Shown piece by piece: positions 1 to 9,537 of a DNA stretch of 64,000 nucleotides. Every line of letters starts with the position of its first letter. Position 1 is the stretch's first letter. Below the pieces are notes generated by a model. The model saw only the letters and a program-made list of their open reading frames with translations, ran no database searches and had not been told where the DNA came from. The stretch spans positions 768,001 through 832,000 of the forward strand of contig CP051526.1 of the NCBI GenBank assembly GCA_050916045.1, given 5' to 3'. Origin of the DNA: Tepidisphaera sp. (lineage in GTDB: Bacteria > Planctomycetota > Phycisphaerae > Phycisphaerales > UBA1924). A program made the translations under genes and the position numbers.

Positions 1-137
1 GGGTTGCGGTAGTACGCCCAAAGCCGTTCAAGCTCCGGCACCACGACCTCGCGGTGCTCCTCAAGCAGAAGTCGCAGGTACGTTTCGTCAAGCCCCGCTT
101 CCGCGAACGCTTCCACGCTCCCAAGCCGATACGCCAC
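1..137 (-). CDS. 5' part of a gene running off the left edge; possibly a phage portal-like protein
   Basis: Manual translation from GTG at 137: MAYRLGSVEAFAEAGLDETYLRLLLEEHREVVVPELERLWAYYRNP, with purine-rich GGAAGGGGG upstream. The L..LW.YY motif recalls SPP1-type portal N-termini (from memory, unverified). Confidence 0.35.
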   Translation of the reverse strand, partial: MAYRLGSVEAFAEAGLDETYLRLLLEEHREVVVPELERLWAYYRN

Positions 138-390
138 GCGAGCCCCCTTCCCACAGGCGGGCCGACCCAACCGGCCCACACTCCCTCGGCCCGGGAGCCC
201 CGTTCGCGCGCACGGCCACCCGCCGGCGCGAGCCGGGATCGCTTCACAAACTCAGGTCCGGAGGGTGCGCAAGTCCAGCCCGCGAAAGGCCATGCGACCG
301 CACGCGCGAAAACTCGAGGGTTTTCGCGCCGGTGCCGCGGCGCGTTCATTGGGTCGAGCGCACAAAGGCGACCATCGGTCGCCGCTTGCG

Positions 391-651
391 TTAGCCGATG
401 GCTTCGACGCTGGAGTACTGGTCGAGGTTGATCACGACGAGTTCGCCGTCGTCCTTGCGGAGTTCGAGGCGGTCAAGCCAGAGCTTGTGGTCCTTGCTGT
501 GGGCAAACCAGGAGCCGGTCTTGGCCTGGGTGTACTTGACGATCACGCCCTCGATCGGCTTGGTCGCGAACGTAGCGTCACCGTTGCCCAGGTGCGGCAC
601 CTGCTGCGTGACCCTGACCCTCTGCCCTGCCTGATACTGCGTCATCGCCAT
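391..651 (-). CDS. small hypothetical protein (SH3/Sm-like beta barrel possible)
   Basis: ORF from ATG 651 (MAMTQYQAGQRVRVTQQ...WLDRLELRKDDGELVVINLDQYS) with protein-like composition. Confidence 0.7.
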   Translation of the reverse strand: MAMTQYQAGQRVRVTQQVPHLGNGDATFATKPIEGVIVKYTQAKTGSWFAHSKDHKLWLDRLELRKDDGELVVINLDQYSSVEAIG

Positions 652-755
652 AGACCCAAAGATAGGCCGCATCGAGCACCCGACGGCCGGGACGTCCACG
701 TGACCCCGAGCAGAAGCGTCGACCGCCCCGCACGAGTTCATGGCTCGGTCTTCCC

Positions 756-783
756 CGATGCCTGTTGCCCGATGCCCAATGCC
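756..783. repeat. heptamer tandem repeat (NNATGCC-type, 4 units)
   Basis: cgatgcc tgttgcc cgatgcc caatgcc, intergenic. Confidence 0.7.
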
Positions 784-789
784 TTCCGC

Positions 790-2352
790 TCAGCACCCCG
801 TCTCGTAATCGAGCACGAAGTCGTCGTAGTCGAAGAAGTCGACGAACCCGTCGCCGTTGTGGTCCGCCGTCTTGCCGTCCGGGCAGACGTTCTCCTCGTA
901 GCAGAGGACGTAATCGTCGTAGTCAAAGAAGTCCAGGAACCCGTCGCCGTTGAAGTCCGCCGGGCACGCCGGAGCCGGTTCCTCGACCGTCCCAAGCACC
1001 GTCACCACCCGTGCCGGCTGGTCCGGATCGTCCGAAGCGATCGTGATCGTCCCGGCTTTGTTCCCCGGCGTCGCCGTGTTCATCGTGATCGTGTGGCCGT
1101 TGAACCCGCCCCCAGCCGCATCGCTGAACACCCCGCCCGGAGCCGCAAATCCCGAAGAAGCCGCCAGCGAGTAGTTCAGCGTCGAGATCCCGCCGCCCGT
1201 GAACAACGCCACATCGCCCGCGTTGAACACCGTCAGCGTCTCGGTCGCCGCCGCGCCCACCTCGACCGTCCCGAAATCAATCACCAGATCGCTCCCGACC
1301 TTGGCCGGGACGCGGAGATCCAGGAACACCGGGATGTGCCCGCCGCTGCCCGCGCAGTTGCGGATCGCCGTCGCGATCGCGGGACCCACCATCGTGTTGC
1401 CGACGGTCGTCATCGCGGCGTCAAAGCTCGACCCGTCGTTGCCCCACACGCGATACGAGTGGTTCGGGTCGTTCCACGTCGACGTGCTGTAGGGGATGTC
1501 CTCGTTGCCGATGTAGTCCAGGCCCACCTCGTCCAGCAGGCCCGCGCCCACGAGGATCTGGTCGTGCCGGTCGTCCATGCCGCCGGCGCCGATGGGGTCC
1601 TGCGTGTGCACGAACCGGAAGGCGCCGTTGTTGTTCCAACTGCCGGGAGTGAGGATCGGGTCGAAGAACCGCCCGAGGTTGTTGGCTTCCGAGCCAACGA
1701 ACTTGACGTAGGAGGTCTGCGAGGAGGACTGCATGTTCATGTCGCCGAGCACCATGAACTGATACCCCGCGGGCTTGGCCGTGCCCGCGCCGTTGGTGTC
1801 CTGGCCGGCGGCGTTGTTGCGGATGCGGGTGGATTCGACCAGGCGGCGGGAGTTGTCGCTGCTTGCGTTGCCGGCCTTCATGTGCACCGAGTAAAGCGAC
1901 ATGGCCGCCGGAGCCGCCGCGTATCCGACGGGCACCAGGTCGTACCGGTAGGTGTTCCGCGGCTGATTCGCAGCGTCCGAAGATCCCCCCGCGACAACCC
2001 ACGTCCGGTTGCCGATCAGCGTGAGCTTGCTCGTGCGGTAGTACAGACCCGCGTCGGTGTCCGGCCCATCGACGAACGGAGCCCGGGCCCAGTCGCCAGG
2101 CGAACCTGGAGCCGTATTCAAAGCCGACAGAAAGGCCGCGTCCGCCGCGTTCGACAGGATCTCCTGCGCCGCGATCACGTCCGGACTCATCGAGCGTCCC
2201 TCGAACTGGCCGTACACGACCGTCTGAATGTCGGCCGTGCGACCCCCGGCGTAGTTGGAGATGTTCCAGGCGACCACGCGGATCTGCGCGATGGCGGTTG
2301 TGGACAACGCGCAACCAGCGGCCAAAGCCGCGACGAGTGACACCTTCACCAT
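790..2352 (-). CDS. secreted endonuclease/exonuclease/phosphatase (DNase I-like) protein with Ig-like domain and dockerin-like GC tail
   Basis: Signal peptide, VVAWNI, AAQE, SVHMKAG, LGDMN, GHIPV EEP motifs; C-terminal CPADFNGDGFLDFFDY...ETGC. Confidence 0.85.
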   Translation of the reverse strand: MVKVSLVAALAAGCALSTTAIAQIRVVAWNISNYAGGRTADIQTVVYGQFEGRSMSPDVIAAQEILSNAADAAFLSALNTAPGSPGDWARAPFVDGPDTDAGLYYRTSKLTLIGNRTWVVAGGSSDAANQPRNTYRYDLVPVGYAAAPAAMSLYSVHMKAGNASSDNSRRLVESTRIRNNAAGQDTNGAGTAKPAGYQFMVLGDMNMQSSSQTSYVKFVGSEANNLGRFFDPILTPGSWNNNGAFRFVHTQDPIGAGGMDDRHDQILVGAGLLDEVGLDYIGNEDIPYSTSTWNDPNHSYRVWGNDGSSFDAAMTTVGNTMVGPAIATAIRNCAGSGGHIPVFLDLRVPAKVGSDLVIDFGTVEVGAAATETLTVFNAGDVALFTGGGISTLNYSLAASSGFAAPGGVFSDAAGGGFNGHTITMNTATPGNKAGTITIASDDPDQPARVVTVLGTVEEPAPACPADFNGDGFLDFFDYDDYVLCYEENVCPDGKTADHNGDGFVDFFDYDDFVLDYETGC

Positions 2353-2442
2353 GAACCAATCTCCTTCTCGGGGACTCCGAACCCGATCATAGCTCGCGGG
2401 AACCTTCCTCCAACCCGAGAAACCCGCCGAATTCACGAGGTC

Positions 2443-3423
2443 CTAGTCCGGAAACCCCTCTTGCGGCCCGGCTTGCAAAGCCCTCGCCCGACCCGAACCC
2501 GGGGGGCCGAACCTGATCCACTCCAGACAAAGCCCGGTCGGGGGCAGCGTCGGTCCGGCGATGCGCCGATCCCCGCTCGCGAGAGCCTCCGAGACTCGCT
2601 CGGGCTTCATCCGCCCCCGGCCGACCTCGGCGAGCGTGCCCGCGATGATCCGCACCATGTTCCACAGGAACCCGCTCCCGCTGATGTCCAGACGCACCCG
2701 CTGAGGCTCGGGCTCCGAAATGTCGCACGCAAAGACCGTGCGCACGGTCGAAAGCCGGCCGTGCCCCGCCGCCGCGAACGCCGCGAAGTCGTGCTCCCCG
2801 ACGAACCGCGCCGCCGCGTCCCGCATCGCGGCCACGTCTAGCGGCTCCCAGATGTGATGCACCCGTCGGCGGTCAAAGAGCGCGCGCACCTTCGCGCAGT
2901 GAAAGGTGTACGAGTATCCCTTGGACTCGGTGTCGCCGATGGGGTTGAACTCGGCCGGAACCACCTCCGCCGCGGTGACCAGGCAGTCCTCGGGCAAGCG
3001 TCCGTTGATCGCGATCATCAGCCGGTCCACGCCGCGCGAGATCGGCCACCCGGTCCCGGGCTTGTGGTTCTCGTCGCTTTCCTCCCCGCTGCAGGTGAAC
3101 GCCGCCACCTGCCCGCGAGCGTGCACACCGCTGTCGGTCCTGCTTGAGCCGACGAGTTCAACCGGCTCGCGGACCACGTCGCTGACCGCCCGTTCGAGCA
3201 CGTGCTGCACCGTTCGGAGAGCGACGCGGCCCGGGCGATCGGGAAGCTCCTCAATCATCTTGCGGCCAAGGCCCACCTCGCGCGTGTCACCCGGCGCAGC
3301 GGCTTCGGTTGCTCCCTGCGGACCGGCCCCGTGCGCGATCGCCCACGGCGCGAGCGGCTCCTGCTTCTGCCAGCCGCAGAAATCCGTCCCCTCGTACGCG
3401 ATGGTGAGCTTGTACCGCGGCAC
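2443..3423 (-). CDS. truA: tRNA pseudouridine(38-40) synthase
   Basis: AYEGTDFCGWQ, SSRTDSGVHARGQ, FVGEHDFAAF, GFLWNMVRII, GLCL. Confidence 0.95.
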   Translation of the reverse strand: MPRYKLTIAYEGTDFCGWQKQEPLAPWAIAHGAGPQGATEAAAPGDTREVGLGRKMIEELPDRPGRVALRTVQHVLERAVSDVVREPVELVGSSRTDSGVHARGQVAAFTCSGEESDENHKPGTGWPISRGVDRLMIAINGRLPEDCLVTAAEVVPAEFNPIGDTESKGYSYTFHCAKVRALFDRRRVHHIWEPLDVAAMRDAAARFVGEHDFAAFAAAGHGRLSTVRTVFACDISEPEPQRVRLDISGSGFLWNMVRIIAGTLAEVGRGRMKPERVSEALASGDRRIAGPTLPPTGLCLEWIRFGPPGSGRARALQAGPQEGFPD

Positions 3424-3462
3424 GCGAGCATCGTAGGGAGCGGACGCCCCGATCTTCGACGC

Positions 3463-5196
3463 TTACCGGGCCATCTCGACGATCTCGGGATGCTTGGCGA
3501 GCTGGTCCTTGGGGATCCGCTTGACCAGCGTGCGGAGCTCGCTCGCCCGCCCCGTACGGAAGAGGGACGAAGCCCCCGCGACCGCCGCCGCGGCGTTCCA
3601 CTGCCCTGCTTCCGTCGTCGCGAGCGCCGCCGCCAGGCGCGACGCATCCGCATCCCGTCCGAGCATCACCAGCAGCCAGATCCCCTCCGCCAGATCCGAC
3701 CGGATCAGCCCCTTGACCTCTTCCGACAGATCCACAGCACCCTCCATCGTCGGAATCGCCGCCGGCGGAGCTTTCGGGATCGCAACCCCTCCAAGCGTCC
3801 AGAGCGCATCGCCGATGATCGTGATCTTGTGAGGGGGCGCGTCGTCGTATCGCGCCGCCGCCGCCAGCGGGATCCCTGCGGCAAGCCGCGCCGCAACCGC
3901 CGGCGTCGGGACAAACCCCGAAAGCTGCGGCTCATCCACCGAACCCACATACCCCGCCGCTCCGCGATCAAGCCAGCGCCCCGCGAGGGTCTCCCGCGTT
4001 CCCACGAACTGCGCCGAGTACGAGTGCACAAAGTTCACGATCGACGGAACGTTCAGGAACGGAACATCCGCGAGCGTTCCCGTGCCCGAAGCCAGATGGA
4101 ACTGGTGCTTCTCCCCCTTGGTGTTGACGAAGATCATCGTCGCGTCGATCGGCTTGGCGATTTCCTCGCGCCACGCATCAATGCCGCCGCTGGGCGTGCG
4201 CACACCCTTGACGCTCCACCCCAGCGCCTTGAGCGCGTCCTCCGTCGCTTTCCCGGCGTACGCGTTCCAGCCGGGGCTGTCGGGGTAGCTGTCAAAGATC
4301 CAAGCGTCTTTCGCCGTGGTGGGGAGGAACAGCGCCGTCATCGCCCGGTACGCCGAGCCTGCCGCCGAGCCCGAGATCTGCGAACCCCAAGCCCACCGCT
4401 TGGGGCCCGGAGCCTGCCGGCCGATGCGGTCCGTCGTCGCCATCACGCCCACCGCCGTGCCCGCGATGGTCTGCTGCATCGCCGTGCAGAGGGTGACCGC
4501 TTCCAGGTCGTCGCCCAGACCCTTCCACGAGTACCCCGTTCCCTCCGCGAACGTCTCGATGCTCTTCTCGAGCTTCTCGGCTTCCGCGACCGTGAAAGCC
4601 GCATCCAGCCGGCGCGTGGACTCGGTCCAGAAGATCGGCTGACCGCGGCCGGCGCTCAGTGCCAGCGCCGCCGTCCACGCCGGATCGTTCACCGCCGCGA
4701 CCACGACGCCGGGCGGCGTGAGCTGGAGAGCTTTCCACTCCGCGATGACCGCCGCGCGGTCGAACGTCTTGGTTTCGGTCGCGGGAGCCATCGACCACGC
4801 GCGGCCGACCGCCGATTCGACCGCCGCGGGATCCGCGACGCCGTTGCTCCGGTCGGGGGTCTTGGACGCGTACCTCAGAACCTTCTCGGGCTTGAACCCG
4901 CGCACGAACCGAGCGATGTTCTCGCGCGCGTTCGGCGTGCCGTCGTCGATGAGCACCGGGAATCGGACCGTCAGCCTCCACATCCCGACCGCTTCGACGT
5001 ACGACGTCGTGTCACGCACGATGACCACCACCGGCGCGACCGCAAGCTTGGCTTGCACCTGACGGACCCGCATGCCAAGCTTGAGCGACGGAGCGATCTC
5101 CTCCGCGGCCGGTCTCGCCGGCGGCTGAAATGTCGCCGCGAGCGAGCTTGTGAGGATGACCGCGGCGAAAGAGCCGAAAGCCAGGTGGGTGCGCAT
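3463..5196 (-). CDS. secreted hypothetical protein
   Basis: 577-aa ORF from ATG 5196, N-terminal hydrophobic segment, typical high-GC codon usage. Confidence 0.75.
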   Translation of the reverse strand: MRTHLAFGSFAAVILTSSLAATFQPPARPAAEEIAPSLKLGMRVRQVQAKLAVAPVVVIVRDTTSYVEAVGMWRLTVRFPVLIDDGTPNARENIARFVRGFKPEKVLRYASKTPDRSNGVADPAAVESAVGRAWSMAPATETKTFDRAAVIAEWKALQLTPPGVVVAAVNDPAWTAALALSAGRGQPIFWTESTRRLDAAFTVAEAEKLEKSIETFAEGTGYSWKGLGDDLEAVTLCTAMQQTIAGTAVGVMATTDRIGRQAPGPKRWAWGSQISGSAAGSAYRAMTALFLPTTAKDAWIFDSYPDSPGWNAYAGKATEDALKALGWSVKGVRTPSGGIDAWREEIAKPIDATMIFVNTKGEKHQFHLASGTGTLADVPFLNVPSIVNFVHSYSAQFVGTRETLAGRWLDRGAAGYVGSVDEPQLSGFVPTPAVAARLAAGIPLAAAARYDDAPPHKITIIGDALWTLGGVAIPKAPPAAIPTMEGAVDLSEEVKGLIRSDLAEGIWLLVMLGRDADASRLAAALATTEAGQWNAAAAVAGASSLFRTGRASELRTLVKRIPKDQLAKHPEIVEMAR

Positions 5197-5272
5197 CCCC
5201 GATAGTATTGATCTGCACCGCTTGCGGTTCGCTCGGCGAGCCCGAATTTCGCGGTCGATTTGGAGCCTCAGC

Positions 5273-5506
5273 ATGGGATGGTTCTCTGACAGCCCCGACC
5301 CCGCCCTCATGCTCCGCCTCGCCCGAATCGAGCGCAAGCTCGATGCGCTCATGGCCGCTCTCGACGTTCCGGTCCCAAGCGACGGGATGGACGACATCCG
5401 CGACCTCGCCAAAGCGGGCCGGAAAATCGAAGCGATCAAGCTCCTCCGGGATCGAACAGGCATGGGGCTTGCCGAAGCCAAGAAAGCCGTCGACCAAGGG
5501 GTCTGA
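5273..5506 (+). CDS. small protein with ribosomal L7/L12 C-terminal-like domain
   Basis: RIERKLDALM then GRKIEAIKLLRDRTGMGLAEAKKAVD; GGAG upstream of ATG. Confidence 0.85.
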   Translation: MGWFSDSPDPALMLRLARIERKLDALMAALDVPVPSDGMDDIRDLAKAGRKIEAIKLLRDRTGMGLAEAKKAVDQGV

Positions 5507-5509
5507 ACC

Positions 5510-6916
5510 CTAGTTCCCCGCCGATGCGAGCGAGCCGTCCGCGATGATCGTGAACGGGATCGTCCGCTCCGCCTGCGCCCCGCGCTGCCGGTCCTTCACG
5601 ATCAGCTTGAGGTTGTACGCCCCCACGCTCAGGTTCGCCGGAAGCTCGATCACCGTCGTGATGTAGAAGTCTCGCCGAGGCCGACGCGACACGTCCTTCA
5701 CCTGTGTCTCGCCCCAGCGCTTCTGAAGCGTCGGACGGTCCGCGTCCTGCCAGATCTCAACCGCTTGGCCGAGATCCACCGTGTAACGCTCGCTGTCGCC
5801 GCTCCCCGCCGACTCGATCGTCCGACGGTGCGCGAAGCTGTCTACTTCCGCGTACACGATCAGCGTGTGCGAGGTTCCCGCGAGCAGGTTCCGCGACGGG
5901 ATCGTGTCGTACTGCCCATACCCGTTCACCTTCGTGCAAAGCTCCGTCGTCGTGATCCGAACGTCTCGGGCCGTCGTGATCGGCGAAGCCGCATCGGAAA
6001 GCGAACGCCAGAGCTTCTCATGATCGCTCATCAGCGCCGGCTCCGCGACAGTCCGACTCAGCATCTCGCGCAGCACGTTGATCGACTTGATCTGCCGCGG
6101 ATCCAGAAGGCGGGAAGCCGGCACCGCATCCAGCGACCCCAGCACGCCCGGCCGGATCGTGTCGAGCCACGCCAACGCCGCATAGTCCGCCGCCGGGTTG
6201 CGGCTCGACGCCGCGCGCTCGCGCAGCGCCCGCGCCAGTTCATCCGCCGCCATCGTGAAACGCTGCTCGACCGGCGCCGTCGCCGGCGCGAGCACCACCG
6301 GCTCACCCGTCCCCGTCACCCCCGTCGATCCGGTTGTTCCTCCGGGAGTCGTCGTTGTTGAAGGTGCCGTCGTTTCGCCCGCAAGCGCGGCGAGCCCCGC
6401 GCTCGCCGGGGGCGGAACAGCCGGGATCGGCGCTGCGGCGGTGTTCGTCCCGGGCGTACCTGCTGGCGACTTCAGCGCCGGAGCGTTCACCACGGGCATG
6501 TTCACCGGTGCCGCGGGCGGCGCCGGGTTCATGGCCGGGTTCATGGCCGGGTTCATGGCCGGGTTCACTGCCGGGTTCGCAGGCTGCGTCGGCGATTGCT
6601 TCAAGGCCTGCTGGTTCCGGTACTCCTCGAGCAGACGCGTCTGCTCCGCGATCAGCTCCTCGAGCTTCGCGTAACTCGGCTTGGCGTTCGTGACGGCTTC
6701 GCCTTCCGGCTGAACCGGCGGCGTGGCCGCAAGCTCTTCCAGCGCGGCGTTCGTGGTCGTGTTCTCGTTGGCTCCGGCGGGAAGCGGGGTCTTCAGACGA
6801 CCCTTGGGAATCGCGGCCGTCGGAGAACCCGCGGGCGCGGGGCTCGACATGCACGCGGGCAATCCCGTGAGCAGGCCGGCGGCGGCAAGCAGGACGAGCG
6901 GACGGGCGATCTTCAT
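5510..6916 (-). CDS. hypothetical lipoprotein with Pro/Ala-rich linker and C-terminal beta domain
   Basis: Lipobox-like LPAC after hydrophobic stretch; NPAM repeats; C-terminal GAYNLKLIVKD. Confidence 0.75.
   Translation of the reverse strand: MKIARPLVLLAAAGLLTGLPACMSSPAPAGSPTAAIPKGRLKTPLPAGANENTTTNAALEELAATPPVQPEGEAVTNAKPSYAKLEELIAEQTRLLEEYRNQQALKQSPTQPANPAVNPAMNPAMNPAMNPAPPAAPVNMPVVNAPALKSPAGTPGTNTAAAPIPAVPPPASAGLAALAGETTAPSTTTTPGGTTGSTGVTGTGEPVVLAPATAPVEQRFTMAADELARALRERAASSRNPAADYAALAWLDTIRPGVLGSLDAVPASRLLDPRQIKSINVLREMLSRTVAEPALMSDHEKLWRSLSDAASPITTARDVRITTTELCTKVNGYGQYDTIPSRNLLAGTSHTLIVYAEVDSFAHRRTIESAGSGDSERYTVDLGQAVEIWQDADRPTLQKRWGETQVKDVSRRPRRDFYITTVIELPANLSVGAYNLKLIVKDRQRGAQAERTIPFTIIADGSLASAGN
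6522..6578. repeat. 12-bp coding tandem repeat (NPAM/NPAV)
   Basis: gccgggttcatg x3 plus two variant units. Confidence 0.85.
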
Positions 6917-7064
6917 GGGCGCGTCTCCGACGCAAGGTGGGCTTTCGCCCGGGCCGGATCCTCCGGCCGCTTCCTTGGCGATCGGTTCCTTCGACCATCA
7001 CACGTCCGAAAGCCCAGTTCCGCCACCCCTCCCAAAACCCGTGCCGGTCAGGTCGACCGCGGCG

Positions 7065-8096
7065 TTATCGGGCCGCCCGGGGCCTCAGCATCGCCGTCAG
7101 CCGCACCGCGACCACCTCCAGCGTGCGCTCGGCATCGCCCAGCCCGGATTTGACCCCCGCATCGGCTTCGACCGCGAGCTTGAGCGCCCGGCGGGCGCCC
7201 GCGGGGCCGAGTTCGCGTGCTTTGGCCAAAAGCGCCCCCTGCGCCGGGCCCCAGAGGCGGAGGGCGGTCGCGATGTTCCGCTCGTTTTCGCCGGCTTTCA
7301 GGGCGTTCGAAGCCGCGTGGAGCTTGCGGGTGAGGTCCATGCACGCCCACCAGAGCAGGACCGGCGACTCGCGCATGACGTTGACGAGGTACCGCTGGCG
7401 CTCGATCGCTCCCTCCGTGTGGCCCATGATCAGCGTGCTCTGCCAGTCCCACGCCGATTCTTCGCGCGAACGGCCGACGACCTCGTTCACCATCGCGCCG
7501 GTGATCGTCACCGCTCCGCCCAGGCCCGCTTCCGAGACCGCCATCGCCGCGAGCTTGCCCAGCTCGCTGTCGATCCGGCCCAGGTCATCGCCGCAGCGCT
7601 CGATGAGCGTGCTCGCGGCATCTTCCTCGAGCGTCGCGCCGTGCCGCTTGCCGGCCCGCCGGATCGCCCACGTGCGAGCCATCGCTTCGCCGATATCCCC
7701 GCATTCGACCATGATCCCGACGGCGGCGATCTTGTCGTCGAGCTTGCCCTTGTACCACTTGGTCGCGCGGAGCACGAGCGTGGCGCCCTCGGTGGGCTGC
7801 TCGGCGTAGCGCTCGACGAGGGGGCGGTTGTCCTCCTTCACGAGCTCTTCGGCGGAATCGACGACGACCATCTTGTGCTGTTGCATGAGGCCGAAAGACC
7901 TGCACTCATCGAGGACATCGGCGAGCTTGTGCTCCTTGCCGTCAAAGTGGAGGACATCCAAAGCCCCGTGCGCGGTCTGAAGCTTGTCCTTGAGCTGCGT
8001 CGTGTACTCGGCCGCGAGAAAGGTGTTGGCCCCGTAAAGCAGGACCACCCGATGCTCGGGCCCGGGCGAACCGGAGGTTTTGGCGGCTTTGGCCAT
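7065..8096 (-). CDS. holA: DNA polymerase III subunit delta
   Basis: VVLLYGAN.FL, VLDECRSFGLMQQHKMVVV, DLGRIDSELGKL, terminal DAGVKSG. Confidence 0.85.
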   Translation of the reverse strand: MAKAAKTSGSPGPEHRVVLLYGANTFLAAEYTTQLKDKLQTAHGALDVLHFDGKEHKLADVLDECRSFGLMQQHKMVVVDSAEELVKEDNRPLVERYAEQPTEGATLVLRATKWYKGKLDDKIAAVGIMVECGDIGEAMARTWAIRRAGKRHGATLEEDAASTLIERCGDDLGRIDSELGKLAAMAVSEAGLGGAVTITGAMVNEVVGRSREESAWDWQSTLIMGHTEGAIERQRYLVNVMRESPVLLWWACMDLTRKLHAASNALKAGENERNIATALRLWGPAQGALLAKARELGPAGARRALKLAVEADAGVKSGLGDAERTLEVVAVRLTAMLRPRAAR

Positions 8097-8110
8097 ACGT
8101 GATGGTACCT

Positions 8111-8144
8111 GTGCCACGATCATCCCGCTTCGGGATGGTCGTGG
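8111..8144 (+). repeat. REP-like hairpin (GTGC foot, GCTTC loop)
   Basis: gtg-ccacgatcatccc-gcttc-gggatggtcgtgg; 29 bp identical to 61147-61175. Confidence 0.8.
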
Positions 8145-8149
8145 AGGGC

Positions 8150-8674
8150 TCACGACTCCAGCACAAAGTCCGCCAGTTCGCACGCCAGGTACCGGTCCGT
8201 CTCTTCGCCCGTGCGAGACCCCGTGCACCGGAAGCCGCACTTCTCGAGGATCCGCCGCGATGCCGCGTTGTTCCGGTCCGCCGTCGCGTGGAGCGGCCGC
8301 CGGGGCTCAAGCTTGAGGAACTCGGCCAGAGCCGCCGACGCGATCCCTTTGCCCCAATGCGAGCGGGCGATCCAGTACCCGACGCAGTCGATCTCCGGCT
8401 CGCCGGGGACTTCCGACGCTTGGAAGCAGGCGATGCTGCCGACCAGCTCGCGGCCCGCGCCTCCCTCGGCGGGCATCTCGATGACAAACCCGTTCACGCG
8501 CGGATTGGCGAAGATCTTGTCCCACGTGGCGAAGAACGCTTCCCGCGTCCGCGGCTTGGTCCCGGCCATCGCGTTGGACGCCGGATCGGCCTGAAGCTCG
8601 AACATCCGGGGCAGGTCCTCGGGTGTGGTGCGACGGAGCGAGATCGCGGGTGCGGGGTGGGGGGCGGGCTTCAT
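8150..8674 (-). CDS. GNAT family N-acetyltransferase (RimJ/RimL-like)
   Basis: VGYWIARSHWGKGIAS, NAASRRILEKCGF. Confidence 0.9.
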   Translation of the reverse strand: MKPAPHPAPAISLRRTTPEDLPRMFELQADPASNAMAGTKPRTREAFFATWDKIFANPRVNGFVIEMPAEGGAGRELVGSIACFQASEVPGEPEIDCVGYWIARSHWGKGIASAALAEFLKLEPRRPLHATADRNNAASRRILEKCGFRCTGSRTGEETDRYLACELADFVLES

Positions 8675-8764
8675 GCGCGATCCTAGGAAAGAACGGAGAG
8701 AACGCGGAGCCACGGAGGCACACGGAGAAGGCAGCGGCGGAAGGTGGCGTGAAGAATCCCAAGC

Positions 8765-8798
8765 GGCCACGACCCGAGCGTTCGCTCGGGTCGTGGCC
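8765..8798. repeat. palindromic hairpin (REP-like)
   Basis: ggccacgacccgagc-gttc-gctcgggtcgtggcc. Confidence 0.75.
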
Positions 8799-8835
8799 TC
8801 TGGGATTCCGGTGGTGAGACCAGCCTGAAGCCGAT

Positions 8836-9537
8836 CTAGCGGCGCCGCCCACGCGCGACCATCATGCTGGCGATGCCGATGATCGCGATCACGCCGGGGG
8901 CGGGTATTGTGCTCACGATCGTCATGTCGCGGAAGTAGGTGACGTCTTCAGTGAACGATGCGAAGACGATCTGCGAGCCGCTGAACTTGGGGCTGTACGC
9001 GATCTTGGCGACGATTCGGTCGTCGATGGCCGCGTAGGCGACGTCCTCGCGCACGCTGATGTGCACGCGGTGTTCACCATTCAACATCTTCTTCGCCTCG
9101 GCGTCGATGCGCACGATGTCGATGATGGCGTCGTACTCCCAGCGCGCGAAGATGACGCCGATCTCGGGATCCGAGTTCGCGGTGATGCCGATCCCGCTGT
9201 AGCCGGTCTCGGTCGAGTAACTTCCCCCGACGCCGAAGCCCCAGATGATGGACTTCTTGGCGTCGATGGTGACCGCGGCGTCAAACTGGGAGGGGCATCT
9301 CCTTGATGTCGCGCGTCACGACACCGAAGGGACTCATGCCCTTCTCGCTGAACGAGTACTTGGAATCCCAGGCCACCCAGCCTGGTCATCCCGCAACGGA
9401 TCCTTGACCACAAAGTCGGCTCGGGCGGTGCTCGGACCCCCGGAAGAGTCGTGGAACCCACCCGTGAAGGCCACGGATGCGACCCAACCCATCACTGCCT
9501 TGGCGGCAACGGTGTTGTAGAAATGACGGCGGAACAT
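8836..9537 (-). pseudogene. PEP-CTERM-like exported protein with two compensating frameshifts (pseudogene or sequencing error)
   Basis: C-terminal IPAPGVIAIIGIASMMVARGRRR sorting motif; same frame as ATG 9537 but TGA at 9334 and 9316; the adjacent frame between about 9382 and 9292 reads WVAWDSKYSFSEKGMSPFGVVTRDIKEMP. Confidence 0.65.

Noticed and set aside
265..2340. 691-aa plus-strand ORF and other long overlapping ORFs (3202-5205, 27302-29902, 29790-33212, 35366-38293, 53921-57349, 61934-63799)
   Set aside because: Antisense shadows of well-supported genes; stop-poor because of high-GC codon bias, with no recognisable motifs.
5273..5506. True ribosomal protein rplL
   Set aside because: Only 77 aa, lacks the N-terminal dimerisation domain and is not in an rplJ/rpoB context.
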